64,000 nt of DNA from a virus. Each line of letters begins with the position of its first letter. The stretch's first letter is position 1. Positions 9,387 to 18,786 of this stretch are shown piece by piece. A program made the position numbers and the translations under genes. The stretch spans positions 132,541 through 196,540 of IMG/VR virus record IMGVR_UViG_3300027733_000030. One strand, given 5' to 3'. Below the pieces are notes generated by a model. The model made no database searches, was not told the origin of the DNA, and saw only the letters and a program-made list of their open reading frames with translations.

Positions 9387-10404
9387 TGAATTCGATATGG
9401 AGACTGGCGAGATTCTTATTCCCGCAGCTAAAAAAGTTATTGATAAAGAAGAATCAAAAGTATTAGAACTCGCAATCGCACAACTTCAACGTCAATACGG
9501 AGCTGGATCAGTCGTTAGACTCGGCTCAACTAATATCAAACCATGGGACTCAATCTCCACTGGAGCACTTACTTTGGATAGTGCACTTGGAATTGGTGGT
9601 TTCCCGCGCGGGCGCGTAGTAGAAATCTATGGACCTGAGTCATCAGGTAAGTCTACTCTCGCTCTAGCAACAGTAGCCAAGGCCCAGCAGATGGGCCTCA
9701 CGTGCGCCTACATCGACGCTGAGCATGCTTTAGACCCAGTCTACATGCAAGCCGTAGGAATCGATCTAGACAACCTTCTACTGGCTCAACCTGATTATGG
9801 CGAGCAAGGCTTCGACATTGCTGACAGACTCCTGCGCACAGGGGAAATTGGCGTCATCGTCATTGACTCAGTTGCAGCATTAGTTCCTAAAGCTGAGCTC
9901 GATGGCGAAATGGAACAAGCTCACATGGGCTTGCAGGCCCGTATGATGGCTAAAGCTATGCGTAAGCTTACTGGACTCGCTGCCCAGCACAACACTCTTA
10001 TTATATTCATTAACCAGCTCCGCAACAAAATTGGAATCATGTTTGGTAACCCAGAGACTACTCCTGGTGGAATGTCATTGAAGTTCTATGCTTCAGTCCG
10101 AATTGACGTCCGCAAAAAAGAAGATCTTAAGGACAAGGCCGGAAATCCAGTTGGCGTCAAAGTCAAAGCTAAGGTTATTAAGAATAAGATGGCACCCCCA
10201 ATGAAAATCGTAGAGTTCGACATCATCTATGCTCAGGGTATCGACGAGTACGGATGTATCTTTGACATCGGAATCGACAAGGGTATCTTTACCCAAAAGG
10301 GCGCATGGGTCTACTATAATGGCGAGAACTTTGCCCAAGGTAGAGATAACGCTATTGAGAAGTTAAAGGCTTCTCCTGATATTGTAGGTGTGATCAAAGG
10401 CTAA
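9379..10404 (+). CDS. recA: RecA recombinase
   Basis: GPESSGKST Walker A, YIDAEHALDP, IDSVAAL, QARMM, IFINQLR, GNPETTPGG, LKFYASVR; ATG at 9379 after AGGAAG is preferred over 9292. Confidence 0.97.
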   Translation: MTDEFDMETGEILIPAAKKVIDKEESKVLELAIAQLQRQYGAGSVVRLGSTNIKPWDSISTGALTLDSALGIGGFPRGRVVEIYGPESSGKSTLALATVAKAQQMGLTCAYIDAEHALDPVYMQAVGIDLDNLLLAQPDYGEQGFDIADRLLRTGEIGVIVIDSVAALVPKAELDGEMEQAHMGLQARMMAKAMRKLTGLAAQHNTLIIFINQLRNKIGIMFGNPETTPGGMSLKFYASVRIDVRKKEDLKDKAGNPVGVKVKAKVIKNKMAPPMKIVEFDIIYAQGIDEYGCIFDIGIDKGIFTQKGAWVYYNGENFAQGRDNAIEKLKASPDIVGVIKG

Positions 10405-10610
10405 TGAGTTTTATTCCAATATCTTGCGAGGACTGCAGCTTCCCGCCTAACTTTATTGTTCTTGAATTAAAAGACAAGGTAAATATCCCATACTACTCCA
10501 TCAAGTGCCGTGACTGTGGTGACTGCTGGGACGAACCGAATGAAAATTTTTTTGAAAATACACAGCCTTCTCTTTACGACGGAAATTTTTTTGAGAACGA
10601 TGACAAATAG
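10404..10610 (+). CDS. Small Zn-ribbon protein
   Basis: CEDC...CRDC; start overlaps the recA stop. Confidence 0.65.
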   Translation: MSFIPISCEDCSFPPNFIVLELKDKVNIPYYSIKCRDCGDCWDEPNENFFENTQPSLYDGNFFENDDK

Positions 10611-10703
10611 CTTACGCCTCTATCTCGAGTTCTCGCGTTTGTTTGCCGAACTGAAATAACCAGTACTATTACAGTATCTCATCTTTAAGAAAGAATGCTG
10701 TAG

Positions 10704-10994
10704 ATGGAATTTATACGTAGAATATTAGAGTTCTTTTCAGGTTCGTCCATGAAGCGAAATGGCAACATGATCAACTTTGTCTATGACCTAGAAGATGACA
10801 ACACTCAGCGTGTCGTCACCATCCATGCCGATCCTAATGGGTTCATGATCTTTACCATCTTCTCAGTCGAAGAATGGCAGATGATTGAAAGTATTGGCGA
10901 ACTATCGGAACGTGATGTTGAAGACATCGTACGCGAAATATCAGAAGACGAAAGCCTGACAACAATCACCATCGATCCCACGGAGTTTGAGTAG
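10704..10994 (+). CDS. Acidic hypothetical protein
   Basis: 96-aa ORF with consistent codon usage. Confidence 0.6.
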   Translation: MEFIRRILEFFSGSSMKRNGNMINFVYDLEDDNTQRVVTIHADPNGFMIFTIFSVEEWQMIESIGELSERDVEDIVREISEDESLTTITIDPTEFE

Positions 10995-11023
10995 ATTTCG
11001 CCCGGAATAAATAAGATATATAC

Positions 11024-11062
11024 AAAAGAGGTGCTACCCCCTAAAGGGTAACACCTCTTTTT
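11024..11062. terminator. Bidirectional intrinsic terminator between convergent genes
   Basis: AAAAGAGGTG-ctacc...ggtaa-CACCTCTTTTT. Confidence 0.7.
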
Positions 11063-11082
11063 GTTTTTATCACAGGGTGCTA

Positions 11083-11301
11083 TTAGTAATCATAACCGGA
11101 TTCGTAGCCTAGCTCTTCCCACACTTGGTTTCCATATGAGGAACCATAGTCCTTTACAGTCATTGCAAAGTTTGTATTAGCCATGCCTCCGAAGGGGTTT
11201 ACCCATTGGAAACAGTCAGGGCATCTTGTATTGGCTCCTGAGAGGTCTTCATTGACAATATATTCTGTACCACAGTGTGGGCAGTCCATAAATGATTTCA
11301 T
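11083..11301 (-). CDS. Small Zn-ribbon protein
   Basis: CPHC...CPDC; AAAGGA RBS. Confidence 0.65.
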   Translation of the reverse strand: MKSFMDCPHCGTEYIVNEDLSGANTRCPDCFQWVNPFGGMANTNFAMTVKDYGSSYGNQVWEELGYESGYDY

Positions 11302-11790
11302 GATTGTTCCTTTGTGATTGTAAGCATGGGATGCTGTGTGTGAATCATTCCCTATTGGGAACGTCTTGAACTATATCTACTACACGGCGTCTCTGTCAAC
11401 CTATGTTAGAAAATATTTCAAATTTTTTGGGGCGAATCTCTATATGGGAAAAATTATTAGGGAAAAATTTTTGGACTGAAATGGTTTTCAGGTGTTGCGG
11501 GCTTTTCTAATCTCGAGGGTCATTTGTTTCTAATCTCGAGGATATATAAACATATATAAACTTATTAAGGTAAAAACTAGGGAAAATTTATGGGGTGGTG
11601 ATAGTGAGTATATGTGTGTACCTTAATTTTTTAACGTGCCCACCCCCCCATGGGGTCATATGCTCTAGTAATAAACGACAATAAGCGGTCGTCCATACCC
11701 CTACGTATGGTGCAGGTATCCAGCATAAAAGGACAGCATAGGTGAATACGTTATCGCCGTCAATGAAACGTAGTATCAAAGGAGAATATA

Positions 11791-12090
11791 ATGATTACAT
11801 CAATGTTTGATGTTATAGGAAAGTATGCAGTAGATAGTGAGGGGAACATGTTACCCATGCGTAAGGAGACAGTAGCTATGTACTGCGCACACACGGGTAA
11901 TGAAATCTGGGTTAAGTCAACCCTACCTGGTGCAGACAGTACAGACGTACAACGGTTCGGACATGTGCATACTAACACTGCATGGTTCAACAGCCAGTAC
12001 AATAACCGCATGGTACTCATAGTTAGTGTCATGAAGTATGACTATAACATGGGTATTTGGTACTGGTACAACGAGGTACACAGCGCTTAG
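11791..12090 (+). CDS. Hypothetical protein, first gene of the GC-richer region
   Basis: AAAGGAG RBS, 99 aa. Confidence 0.65.
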   Translation: MITSMFDVIGKYAVDSEGNMLPMRKETVAMYCAHTGNEIWVKSTLPGADSTDVQRFGHVHTNTAWFNSQYNNRMVLIVSVMKYDYNMGIWYWYNEVHSA

Positions 12091-12120
12091 TTATTATACA
12101 TACCTAGTAGGGTAGGTATG

Positions 12121-12177
12121 GAGAAGGTGGTTCCTCAGGATCTTATGATTCTGGGGAACTTCCTTTTTTGAGGATAG
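12121..12177 (+). repeat. Repeat element R1: hairpin + T-tract + GAGGATAG
   Basis: AGAAGG-GTTCCTCAGGA/TTCTGGGGAAC-TTCC-T6-GAGGATAG. Confidence 0.8.
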
Positions 12178-12318
12178 GTCATTGTCCTTTAGTAAGGTTC
12201 GCCATGGGCCAACGGGTTCACCTCCCGCCAAAAGGTAGACATGGAAGATGGTTTTACCATTCGTAATAATCACGTTCAATACGTTAAGTTGAACAAAGGC
12301 ATGTTTCTAGGAGGAATC

Positions 12319-12588
12319 ATGTTGTCATTCATCAGTAAGAAGGTCACATTCATTGTGGCTGCAATTGTTGCAGTGTTGTTGGTATTGGAGCCAACAACCG
12401 ACTTGACAATGGCAGCATTGCGCTTGCCAAGCAAGTTTGTTTGGATGCTCTTGGGCCTCCTCTTCAGTATCGTTAACTGGGGAATGCTGATCCTTATCGC
12501 CATTGGTTTTGGCATTGGATTCATCATTAAGACCCGGACCATTGACTGGTCTGAAGTTAAGGGTTTCTTCAACAAAGAAGAAGCCTAA
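12319..12588 (+). CDS. Small membrane protein
   Basis: ATG at 12319 after GGAGG; two or three hydrophobic segments. Confidence 0.65.
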   Translation: MLSFISKKVTFIVAAIVAVLLVLEPTTDLTMAALRLPSKFVWMLLGLLFSIVNWGMLILIAIGFGIGFIIKTRTIDWSEVKGFFNKEEA

Positions 12589-12624
12589 TTAAAAGGGGGT
12601 GATGGTCCACCTCTTTAATAAAGA

Positions 12625-12682
12625 AGAAGGTTGTTTCCCCTGGGGCATTTGCCTTGGGGGAAACTTCTTTTTTTGAGGATAG
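12625..12682 (+). repeat. Repeat element R2
   Basis: AGAAGG-hairpin-CTTC-T7-GAGGATAG. Confidence 0.8.
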
Positions 12683-12712
12683 ATCAATGGGATCAGTCCA
12701 AGAAAGGAAACC

Positions 12713-12958
12713 ATGGAAAGAGGTACGTACACGTATCGGACACTCAGGGGTAATGACCTGGTGTTCCAGGTTGGAGGAAGCATGACGTATTGTCGTGTTT
12801 TCAGCCAACAAGGTGAGCTGGTCCACTACTATGGATCAGTTACACCTCCCAAGGTCAGTGAACAGGATGGTCAAACCATCGTCCTGTTTGAGGACTTTGA
12901 GGATGGATCGCGACGCCTTCATGGTGTTGCAATCCGTCCAGTCATTACCTTAGCGTAG
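12713..12958 (+). CDS. Hypothetical protein
   Basis: AAAGGA RBS; starts 30 nt after R2. Confidence 0.65.
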   Translation: MERGTYTYRTLRGNDLVFQVGGSMTYCRVFSQQGELVHYYGSVTPPKVSEQDGQTIVLFEDFEDGSRRLHGVAIRPVITLA

Positions 12959-13010
12959 TGGCTAGACAAAGGGTAGCGTCTTACCTTGCATACTAGCAAA
13001 GACGCACCAT

Positions 13011-13066
13011 AGAAGAAGTTGTTCCCGGGGATTTCGGTCCTCGGGAACTTCTTTTTTTGAGGATAG
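13011..13066 (+). repeat. Repeat element R3
   Basis: GTTCCCGGGGATTTCGGTCCTCGGGAAC-TTC-T7-GAGGATAG. Confidence 0.85.
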
Positions 13067-13107
13067 GGGAAAGGCCCCTAGCTCATTCTCTTGAAAGGGG
13101 AATTGTT

Positions 13108-13251
13108 ATGAGTCAAACATACGAATGTGCAGAAGGAATGTGTCAGGATGTAGTGTCCTGGTCACTATCCGGGGTGCTTGCAGCAGCGGGCATCGTAATC
13201 ATCACTGTGTTCGTTGTTACGGTGATCATCGGAGAAATCCGACGCAAATAG
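13108..13251 (+). CDS. Small single-pass membrane protein
   Basis: ATG at 13108 after AAAGGGG; hydrophobic core. Confidence 0.55.
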   Translation: MSQTYECAEGMCQDVVSWSLSGVLAAAGIVIITVFVVTVIIGEIRRK

Positions 13252-13265
13252 GAAAGTAAGTTAGT

Positions 13266-13320
13266 AGAAGGTTTGTTCCCGGGGATTTCGGTCCTCGGGA
13301 ACTTCCTTTTTTTGGCATAG
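13266..13320 (+). repeat. Repeat element R4
   Basis: 28-nt hairpin identical to R3, then TTCC-T7-GGCATAG. Confidence 0.85.
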
Positions 13321-13382
13321 GCGCTAGGCCTCTAGCTACAGTCAACTAACACTGTTGTAAAAAGTTAGTAAGAAAGGTAATC

Positions 13383-13586
13383 ATGTCAAAAGGACCATGG
13401 GAGGAAAACTCCATGTGGACTCCGGATCTCCAAGATTCGGAGCTTGCTACGGATGTAGCCCATACATGTTTGAGGTGTCAAGAACTGGAAGCTGAATTAG
13501 AAAAGTGGAAGGACACGGCGCGTACATGGATGTGGACAGCTGCAGACGCATCAGGTGTGGACATATCGGATGCGTTAGACAATTGA
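13383..13586 (+). CDS. Hypothetical protein
   Basis: AAAGGT RBS, 67 aa. Confidence 0.6.
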   Translation: MSKGPWEENSMWTPDLQDSELATDVAHTCLRCQELEAELEKWKDTARTWMWTAADASGVDISDALDN

Positions 13587-13640
13587 GCAATGCTCACACC
13601 AAGGAGTAGTGATCCTATACATACTTATATAATTCACTAA

Positions 13641-13693
13641 AGAAGGAGGTTCTCGGGAGATATTTCCCGGGAACTTCCTTTTTTTGAGGATAG
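13641..13693 (+). repeat. Repeat element R5
   Basis: AGAAGG-GTTCTCGGGAGA/TTCCCGGGAAC-TTCC-T7-GAGGATAG. Confidence 0.85.
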
Positions 13694-13735
13694 ACCGCCG
13701 GTCAATCTCACCAGCTGATGGAGGTCAGCAAACTA

Positions 13736-13911
13736 TGAAACATAAACCAACTCTAGGATATTTTAATATCCTCGATTGGGAGATGGATAAGATTGCATGC
13801 AAGTCATGCAGTGCTGTCTTGGTCTCTCAAGGAAGTCAAATATGTGACTCATTTATAGGAAAGGATCTTATCTGTCCTATTTGCGAGTTGGACATTGACG
13901 ACGCACAATAG
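13736..13911 (+). CDS. Small Zn-ribbon protein
   Basis: ATG at 13736 after GGAGG; CKSC...CPIC. Confidence 0.6.
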
Positions 13912-13937
13912 TAATAGTCAATGAATAAGTAAGTAAA

Positions 13938-13990
13938 AGAAGGTCGTCCCTGGGGAGAAATCCCTGGGGACTTCCTTTTTTTGCCGATAG
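13938..13990 (+). repeat. Repeat element R6
   Basis: AGAAGG-GTCCCTGGGGA-GAAA-TCCCTGGGGAC-TTCC-T7-GCCGATAG. Confidence 0.8.
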
Positions 13991-14142
13991 ATCGTTGGCC
14001 CTTAAACAGGAGGTAGAAATGTAATGAATATCACCGTTGTTGAAACGGTGGGATATTCCATTGTTTATGGAGAATCCTACCATTTAGTAATAATAGACCC
14101 TTCTCTACCCCCCGCCTAGGAGTATTGCTTACTGACCTTAGA

Positions 14143-14161
14143 TTCCTTTTTTTGACGATAG
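14143..14161 (+). repeat. Partial repeat element R7 (no hairpin) upstream of the RNAP-like gene
   Basis: TTCC-T7-GACGATAG followed by GCCATTGGCCTTTAG, resembling the R1 downstream flank GTCATTGTCCTTTAG. Confidence 0.65.
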
Positions 14162-14248
14162 GCCATTGGCCTTTAGTCACACGTAAGGTTCCACGCCAGG
14201 GCCAACAGTATGTGCTCTGTAGAAAAGCACACAGAAAGGGAGGGAGAG

Positions 14249-16648
14249 ATGTCATATTTCCATGGCATTGTGGTCCTCGCTGGAAGGTGGCTTCGGCTGC
14301 TGACTGGTGCAGACCATGTCCCGGGTACCACCGTCAAAGAAGAGTTTCAGGGAGGACAATATGTCCCCGCGTTCCTGGAGCACTTCTGGGCAGGTCGGTA
14401 CCGCGTCGAGGTGCGTAAGCTGTTCAGCCGTAAGGTTGGATCGTTGGAAAGCGCACCTGCCGTCACCAATAAGGAGCTGTTCTCTAGCGAAGTAATTCGT
14501 TGGAGCAACTCCTCGGACCAGTACATGTTGCGCATTAAGGGCAACAATGGCTGGCTTGCTAGCTTCAAGGAAATCGGTCTTCTGATCGCTAACTCCAAGA
14601 AGATGAGCAAGAGGTTAGTAGAACTCGTGCGCATGTCGTGCATGTGGCTCTACATACCCGAGGACAAAGCCCTTGAGGTTGACGTCATCGATCACAAAGC
14701 GTTGGGCATGCCTGACGAATATGTGGACGGTGCGACGTTCATCACCCGTGGGCTCGCAATCAAGTGCGTGAAGTCGAATACTTCGGCAACACGTGCTTGG
14801 CGGGCTCGGATGATCTGGAACATTCGCAATGGCAGTCTTGTCGTTGTGCAGTTCCGGATGCTCTGCGCGCTTGGAGAGATCAAAGGCAATGCCGTGATCA
14901 CTCCTCGTAAGCAGATGCAAGGCTACGAAGTTCGGACGTTTGCGCCGAATATCAAGGCTGAGATCCGAACCACTGGGTGGCAATGGGTCACATTGGAGCC
15001 GTCTTACGGGACGATTCCAGTGAAGTCTGACGATCTGACACATTCCATTTACTGGGATGTTAAGGGTCTGTATGACCACGACTCACTCCTGGCATGCCTG
15101 GAATCCTCTTTGAAGCAATTCAAGGAGGACTTGGTGGCTGGCAAACGCTCTGAATGGATGGAGAAACTCGCTGAAAGCAGTGGGTCTATCCTACATGAAG
15201 AGTCGGAGGTAAAGTATGCAAAGGATCGTGGCCTAGTTGGCAGGATTCAGCATGCGGTTGCTCAACTTAGTAAGTTGGGTGTACCTCTACACGCCAGTCA
15301 AACCCTGATGTTCCTCTCGGTCAATGGTTTGCGAAAGCAGCTGTTGGGCGACAATCGTCAGGGTGAGGTGTGGATGGACAAGTCTCGTCACTGGTTTCCA
15401 GTGTCGTGGGCTTATGCCGCTCACATCTATACCAAGGAAGTCCTCGAAATCGGTGGGTTTAAGATGCCCACTGGTAACGAAGGCTTCTTCCATGAGGCTA
15501 CCCACAGCTTCGTGGTACCTGGCCAGTTCTTGAAGGATAACTTTGAGAACTGGGGAGGTCCTGACTTGGATGATACTGTAAAGGTGCATGTGCGCCGAGT
15601 ATCAGACAAACAGGGCAAGGTCAAGTTGATGGGAATTGTCATGCGCAATCCGAATGATTTCGGTGAGTATGCGATGATTCCACTCAACGAAACCGGACCA
15701 ATATTCCACGACTATGGTGCTGAGCCCCCGCTGGTGGATCTGCAGGAACTATCTAGTAAGGTTCCGCAGTTCACAAAGCTGAAGAAGCATCTGAACATCG
15801 GATCTCTTCCGGCGATCACTAATCCACGTAAGCGTGGTGACGTGTTCTCGCTGGAGGATGAGTCGGCTGTTCGGCTTGCATCACAGGCTTTTCCACCAGG
15901 AATGGGCGGAACGGTCATCCCAAAGATGATCTGGTACGCTCAGTTCGGGAAGCCCATTGAGGAGTTGGTTGCAACTAACGAAGACATCGTTGATGTTCTT
16001 CAGCAGGGGCAAGCTTCTCTGGAGGATGTGCAGTTGATCAAGCAATGGATCGACAACACATTCACCACAATGGGCGAAAAGCTCAACTGGGAAATGGACC
16101 GCTTCTGGTTCATGACCCGGATGCCAGCACCGTTGGCAGAGTTATGGGAAACCTCATCCGAGGAAGTATCGCCTTGGGTCACACTCCATAAGGAGCGTGA
16201 GAACCTTGTGCGTCAGTACATTAAGGAAATGACGGATTGGCTGAATAGTCAAGTCGTTATGCCCGAAGTGCTGGCAAACATCAACTGGACTCCAGAAGAG
16301 CGCGCAAACGCTTGGAGGGAACTCCAGAAGATCAAAGAGGTTCATCAAGCAGCTCGAAACAGTAGTCTCACCTGGTGTGATTACTTCGTAGAGCTGATGA
16401 CCAAGAGCGATGAAGAGCATGGTAAAGAACGTACTGATCGTAAGATCTTGCGTTTGGCACACCAAGCCATCCTCGCGAAGGCTCAAACGCCAGGAGCAAA
16501 CCATGATCAGTGGCTGTTCTCGTTCAACGCTAAGAGCGAAATGCAACCGTACATGTTCTATGTGCGTGCTCTCAAGCGTGTTCAAGACGGAACCTATTCA
16601 TGGTTGCCCGCATCAGCAAGTCCGATTATTGAGGACATAGGGAGCTGA
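14249..16648 (+). CDS. Putative single-subunit two-barrel (QDE-1/YonO-like) RNA polymerase, paralog 1
   Basis: YVDGATFIT, QFR...GEIKGNA, NIKAEIR, GGPDLDD (15554-15574), VMRNP; colinear with 28644-31193; ATG at 14249 after AGGGAG. Confidence 0.65.
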   Translation: MSYFHGIVVLAGRWLRLLTGADHVPGTTVKEEFQGGQYVPAFLEHFWAGRYRVEVRKLFSRKVGSLESAPAVTNKELFSSEVIRWSNSSDQYMLRIKGNNGWLASFKEIGLLIANSKKMSKRLVELVRMSCMWLYIPEDKALEVDVIDHKALGMPDEYVDGATFITRGLAIKCVKSNTSATRAWRARMIWNIRNGSLVVVQFRMLCALGEIKGNAVITPRKQMQGYEVRTFAPNIKAEIRTTGWQWVTLEPSYGTIPVKSDDLTHSIYWDVKGLYDHDSLLACLESSLKQFKEDLVAGKRSEWMEKLAESSGSILHEESEVKYAKDRGLVGRIQHAVAQLSKLGVPLHASQTLMFLSVNGLRKQLLGDNRQGEVWMDKSRHWFPVSWAYAAHIYTKEVLEIGGFKMPTGNEGFFHEATHSFVVPGQFLKDNFENWGGPDLDDTVKVHVRRVSDKQGKVKLMGIVMRNPNDFGEYAMIPLNETGPIFHDYGAEPPLVDLQELSSKVPQFTKLKKHLNIGSLPAITNPRKRGDVFSLEDESAVRLASQAFPPGMGGTVIPKMIWYAQFGKPIEELVATNEDIVDVLQQGQASLEDVQLIKQWIDNTFTTMGEKLNWEMDRFWFMTRMPAPLAELWETSSEEVSPWVTLHKERENLVRQYIKEMTDWLNSQVVMPEVLANINWTPEERANAWRELQKIKEVHQAARNSSLTWCDYFVELMTKSDEEHGKERTDRKILRLAHQAILAKAQTPGANHDQWLFSFNAKSEMQPYMFYVRALKRVQDGTYSWLPASASPIIEDIGS

Positions 16649-16840
16649 CGCAGTACTCCTTGAGATAGGAGAACATCCTAGTTAGGTTTACATAACTAAC
16701 TGGAAGAAGGATGCCCCTGGGATTCAGTAGAAATACTGTTTCCTGGGGGCTACCCTTATAAAATTAATTTGCTATGAACGAGGTAGCTCTCGTCTGCGAC
16801 ATTGAAAGCAGTACCTGTGGGATTAAAAAGACCGCTAAAT

Positions 16841-16891
16841 GAGGAGGTTGTTGGGAAGAAATTCCTGGCAACCTCCTTTTTTTGAGGATAG
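16841..16891 (+). repeat. Repeat element R9 (a hairpin-only variant, R8, lies at 16705-16757)
   Basis: GAGGAG-GTTGTTGGGA/TTCCTGGCAAC-CTCC-T7-GAGGATAG. Confidence 0.8.
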
Positions 16892-17009
16892 TTCACTAGC
16901 CTCAAGCGCAGAACCTGAGCGCTCTATAAAGTATGGGTGACGCTGCAGGAGCTAAATCCTGACAGGAATTCCAACCTTGACAAATGGAATCAGCCAAGGA
17001 GGCACAAAA

Positions 17010-17378
17010 ATGGAAGCAATCAAGACAGCAAAGGATGGCCGTCAGTACACGGTCATCAATGGCAAAGCAGTCTTCATCAAGGGTTCAAAGCCCGTGGTGA
17101 AAGCTGCTGTCGAGATGGCACCGGCACCAACGCCAGCACAGACCAAGGGCATTGCCTGCGGTAATTGCAGTGGCAAGCACAGCACTGTTCAAGAAGTGCG
17201 CGCATGCTTTGGCGTGACCGTCGTCAACACCAAGTGGACAGCTCGTCCTACTGCAGTTATTACTGACCTTGACAAGAAAGTCATGGTTACCTGTGGTTGG
17301 GGCAAGGCAAGCCACAAGGTCGAGATGACCAAGGCCGATGCCATTGCATTCCGCAACACCTGCGAGCAGCATCGCTGA
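17010..17378 (+). CDS. Protein with C-x2-C-x3-H-x8-C zinc finger
   Basis: ATG at 17010 after AGGAGG; CGNCSGKHSTVQEVRACF. Confidence 0.7.
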   Translation: MEAIKTAKDGRQYTVINGKAVFIKGSKPVVKAAVEMAPAPTPAQTKGIACGNCSGKHSTVQEVRACFGVTVVNTKWTARPTAVITDLDKKVMVTCGWGKASHKVEMTKADAIAFRNTCEQHR

Positions 17379-17380
17379 TC

Positions 17381-17611
17381 ATGGCTTACAACCATCACAA
17401 TCAGCACTGCGGTCTCAGGGCAGATGGTTGCGAAGGTTTCATCTTCAAGGGCAATGGGCGATTCGTCGCTTACCCCTACAAGATGCTCCTTTGCGCCAGC
17501 TGTTACGAGACATGGTTGCAGCGGAATTCCGAAGGTAAGAAGAAGGCGTCTGACAAGCGCAATCTCAAGAACCTTCGAGACAGCCAGCCCACACTCTTCG
17601 ACCAGGAGTGA
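17381..17611 (+). CDS. Small Cys/His protein
   Basis: ATG at 17381 directly after the previous stop; HC...C...CASC. Confidence 0.6.
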   Translation: MAYNHHNQHCGLRADGCEGFIFKGNGRFVAYPYKMLLCASCYETWLQRNSEGKKKASDKRNLKNLRDSQPTLFDQE

Positions 17612-17625
17612 GCTGAAGAAGACTG

Positions 17626-17675
17626 AAGTCCCACTACACATCAAGTGTAGGAGGGACTTCTTTCTTTGAGGATAG
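17626..17675 (+). repeat. Repeat element R10
   Basis: GAAGTCCC...GGGACTTC-TTTCTTT-GAGGATAG. Confidence 0.75.
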
Positions 17676-17906
17676 ACTATTCGGGTCAGTCCACAAACGA
17701 AAGGAATGATCATGTACAAACCATTCAAAGAAGGGTGTGATCACGAAATGACAGAACCATCTGCTATTGGAGGCAAAAACATAGGCCTTGAATGGGAGAT
17801 AGTTAATCATTGGAGCCACTGCACAAAATGCTGGGGCACCAAAGTGACGCAAGAAATGCTGTGGATCGGAGAGGGTCCAGATCCCCGAAATGAGGAGGAA
17901 AGTGCT

Positions 17907-18470
17907 ATGGACAAACCATTGTATAAGGTAGCCTTTACAGGTCATCGCCCCAACAAAATTGGGGGATACAATGCAAAGACACCAATGCGTGTTGCTGTTA
18001 CTGAAGCCATTAACAACGCTCTTGCACGAGCAGTGGCCAAGTATGGTGAGACACATGAAGTGGTTGTCATCAGTGGAGGCGCTCTTGGCGTTGATACCGA
18101 TGCAGCACGGGAGGCTCATAAGATGGGTCTTCGGTTCATGATTGCAGCACCTTGCCGAAATCAGGACATTAAATGGCCTGCTGAAAGCAAGTTGACCTAC
18201 AAGAAGATGTGCGGATTTGCAGATGCAGATCTAGCTCGTACTCTTGCTAGCGACGGTGAAACTATTGAAGACGGTGTTATATACGTCTACAATGGTGAAT
18301 ACACCACGGCAAAGGTCATGCAGGACAGGAACATCTGGATGGTAGATCACGCTGACAGTGTGGTTGCTATTTGGGATGGCACGTCTGGTGGCACGGGAAA
18401 CTGTGTGGGTTATGCTCGCAACAAGCAAAAGCCCATGGTTGTAATCAACCCCACTAAGCTGCTTAGTTAA
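17907..18470 (+). CDS. SLOG superfamily YspA/DUF1273-like protein
   Basis: AFTGHRP, VISGGALGVD, RNIWMVDHAD, WDGTSGGTGNCVGYA; ATG at 17907 after GAGGAGG (the ORF extends in frame to 17706). Confidence 0.85.
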   Translation: MDKPLYKVAFTGHRPNKIGGYNAKTPMRVAVTEAINNALARAVAKYGETHEVVVISGGALGVDTDAAREAHKMGLRFMIAAPCRNQDIKWPAESKLTYKKMCGFADADLARTLASDGETIEDGVIYVYNGEYTTAKVMQDRNIWMVDHADSVVAIWDGTSGGTGNCVGYARNKQKPMVVINPTKLLS

Positions 18471-18487
18471 TAGTTTAGTAAGTTATC

Positions 18488-18570
18488 GAAAGGTTGTTCC
18501 CGGGGAGAAATCCTCGGGGACTTCCTTTTTTATCATAGACCATTACACTTAAATTCTTTTTTTATGATAG
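18488..18570 (+). repeat. Repeat element R11 plus a second T7-ATGATAG
   Basis: GAAAGG-GTTCCCGGGGA-GAAA-TCCTCGGGGAC-TTCC-T6-ATCATAG; TTC-T7-ATGATAG at 18554-18570. Confidence 0.75.
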
Positions 18571-18786
18571 GCACTTATTCTAAATCCCTCCGTGGATTGG
18601 GATAGGTTCCTAGTCCAGTTCTCTTTGCCTGTATTCTAAATCCCTCTGGGAGCATGCTGGCAAAAAGAAGGGGTTGTTTCCTTCCATAAAAAGAAGGGAG
18701 CAGTCCCCCCAGAGCATCTTCTGGGTAATAAAAAAGAAGGGTGACAATCCCGTCATCCGTCCAACGCATCAAAAGGAGAATATACC

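Noticed and set aside
14031-16640. Multiple overlapping 60-150 aa ORFs on both strands
   Set aside because: All lie within the 799-aa polymerase-like gene; alternative-frame artefacts of the GC-richer sequence
12121-18570. CRISPR array or integron attC interpretation of the R repeats
   Set aside because: Spacing is irregular (200-2700 nt), the intervals are genes, hairpin sequences vary, there are no GTT/AAC core sites, and no cas or integrase gene lies in the window
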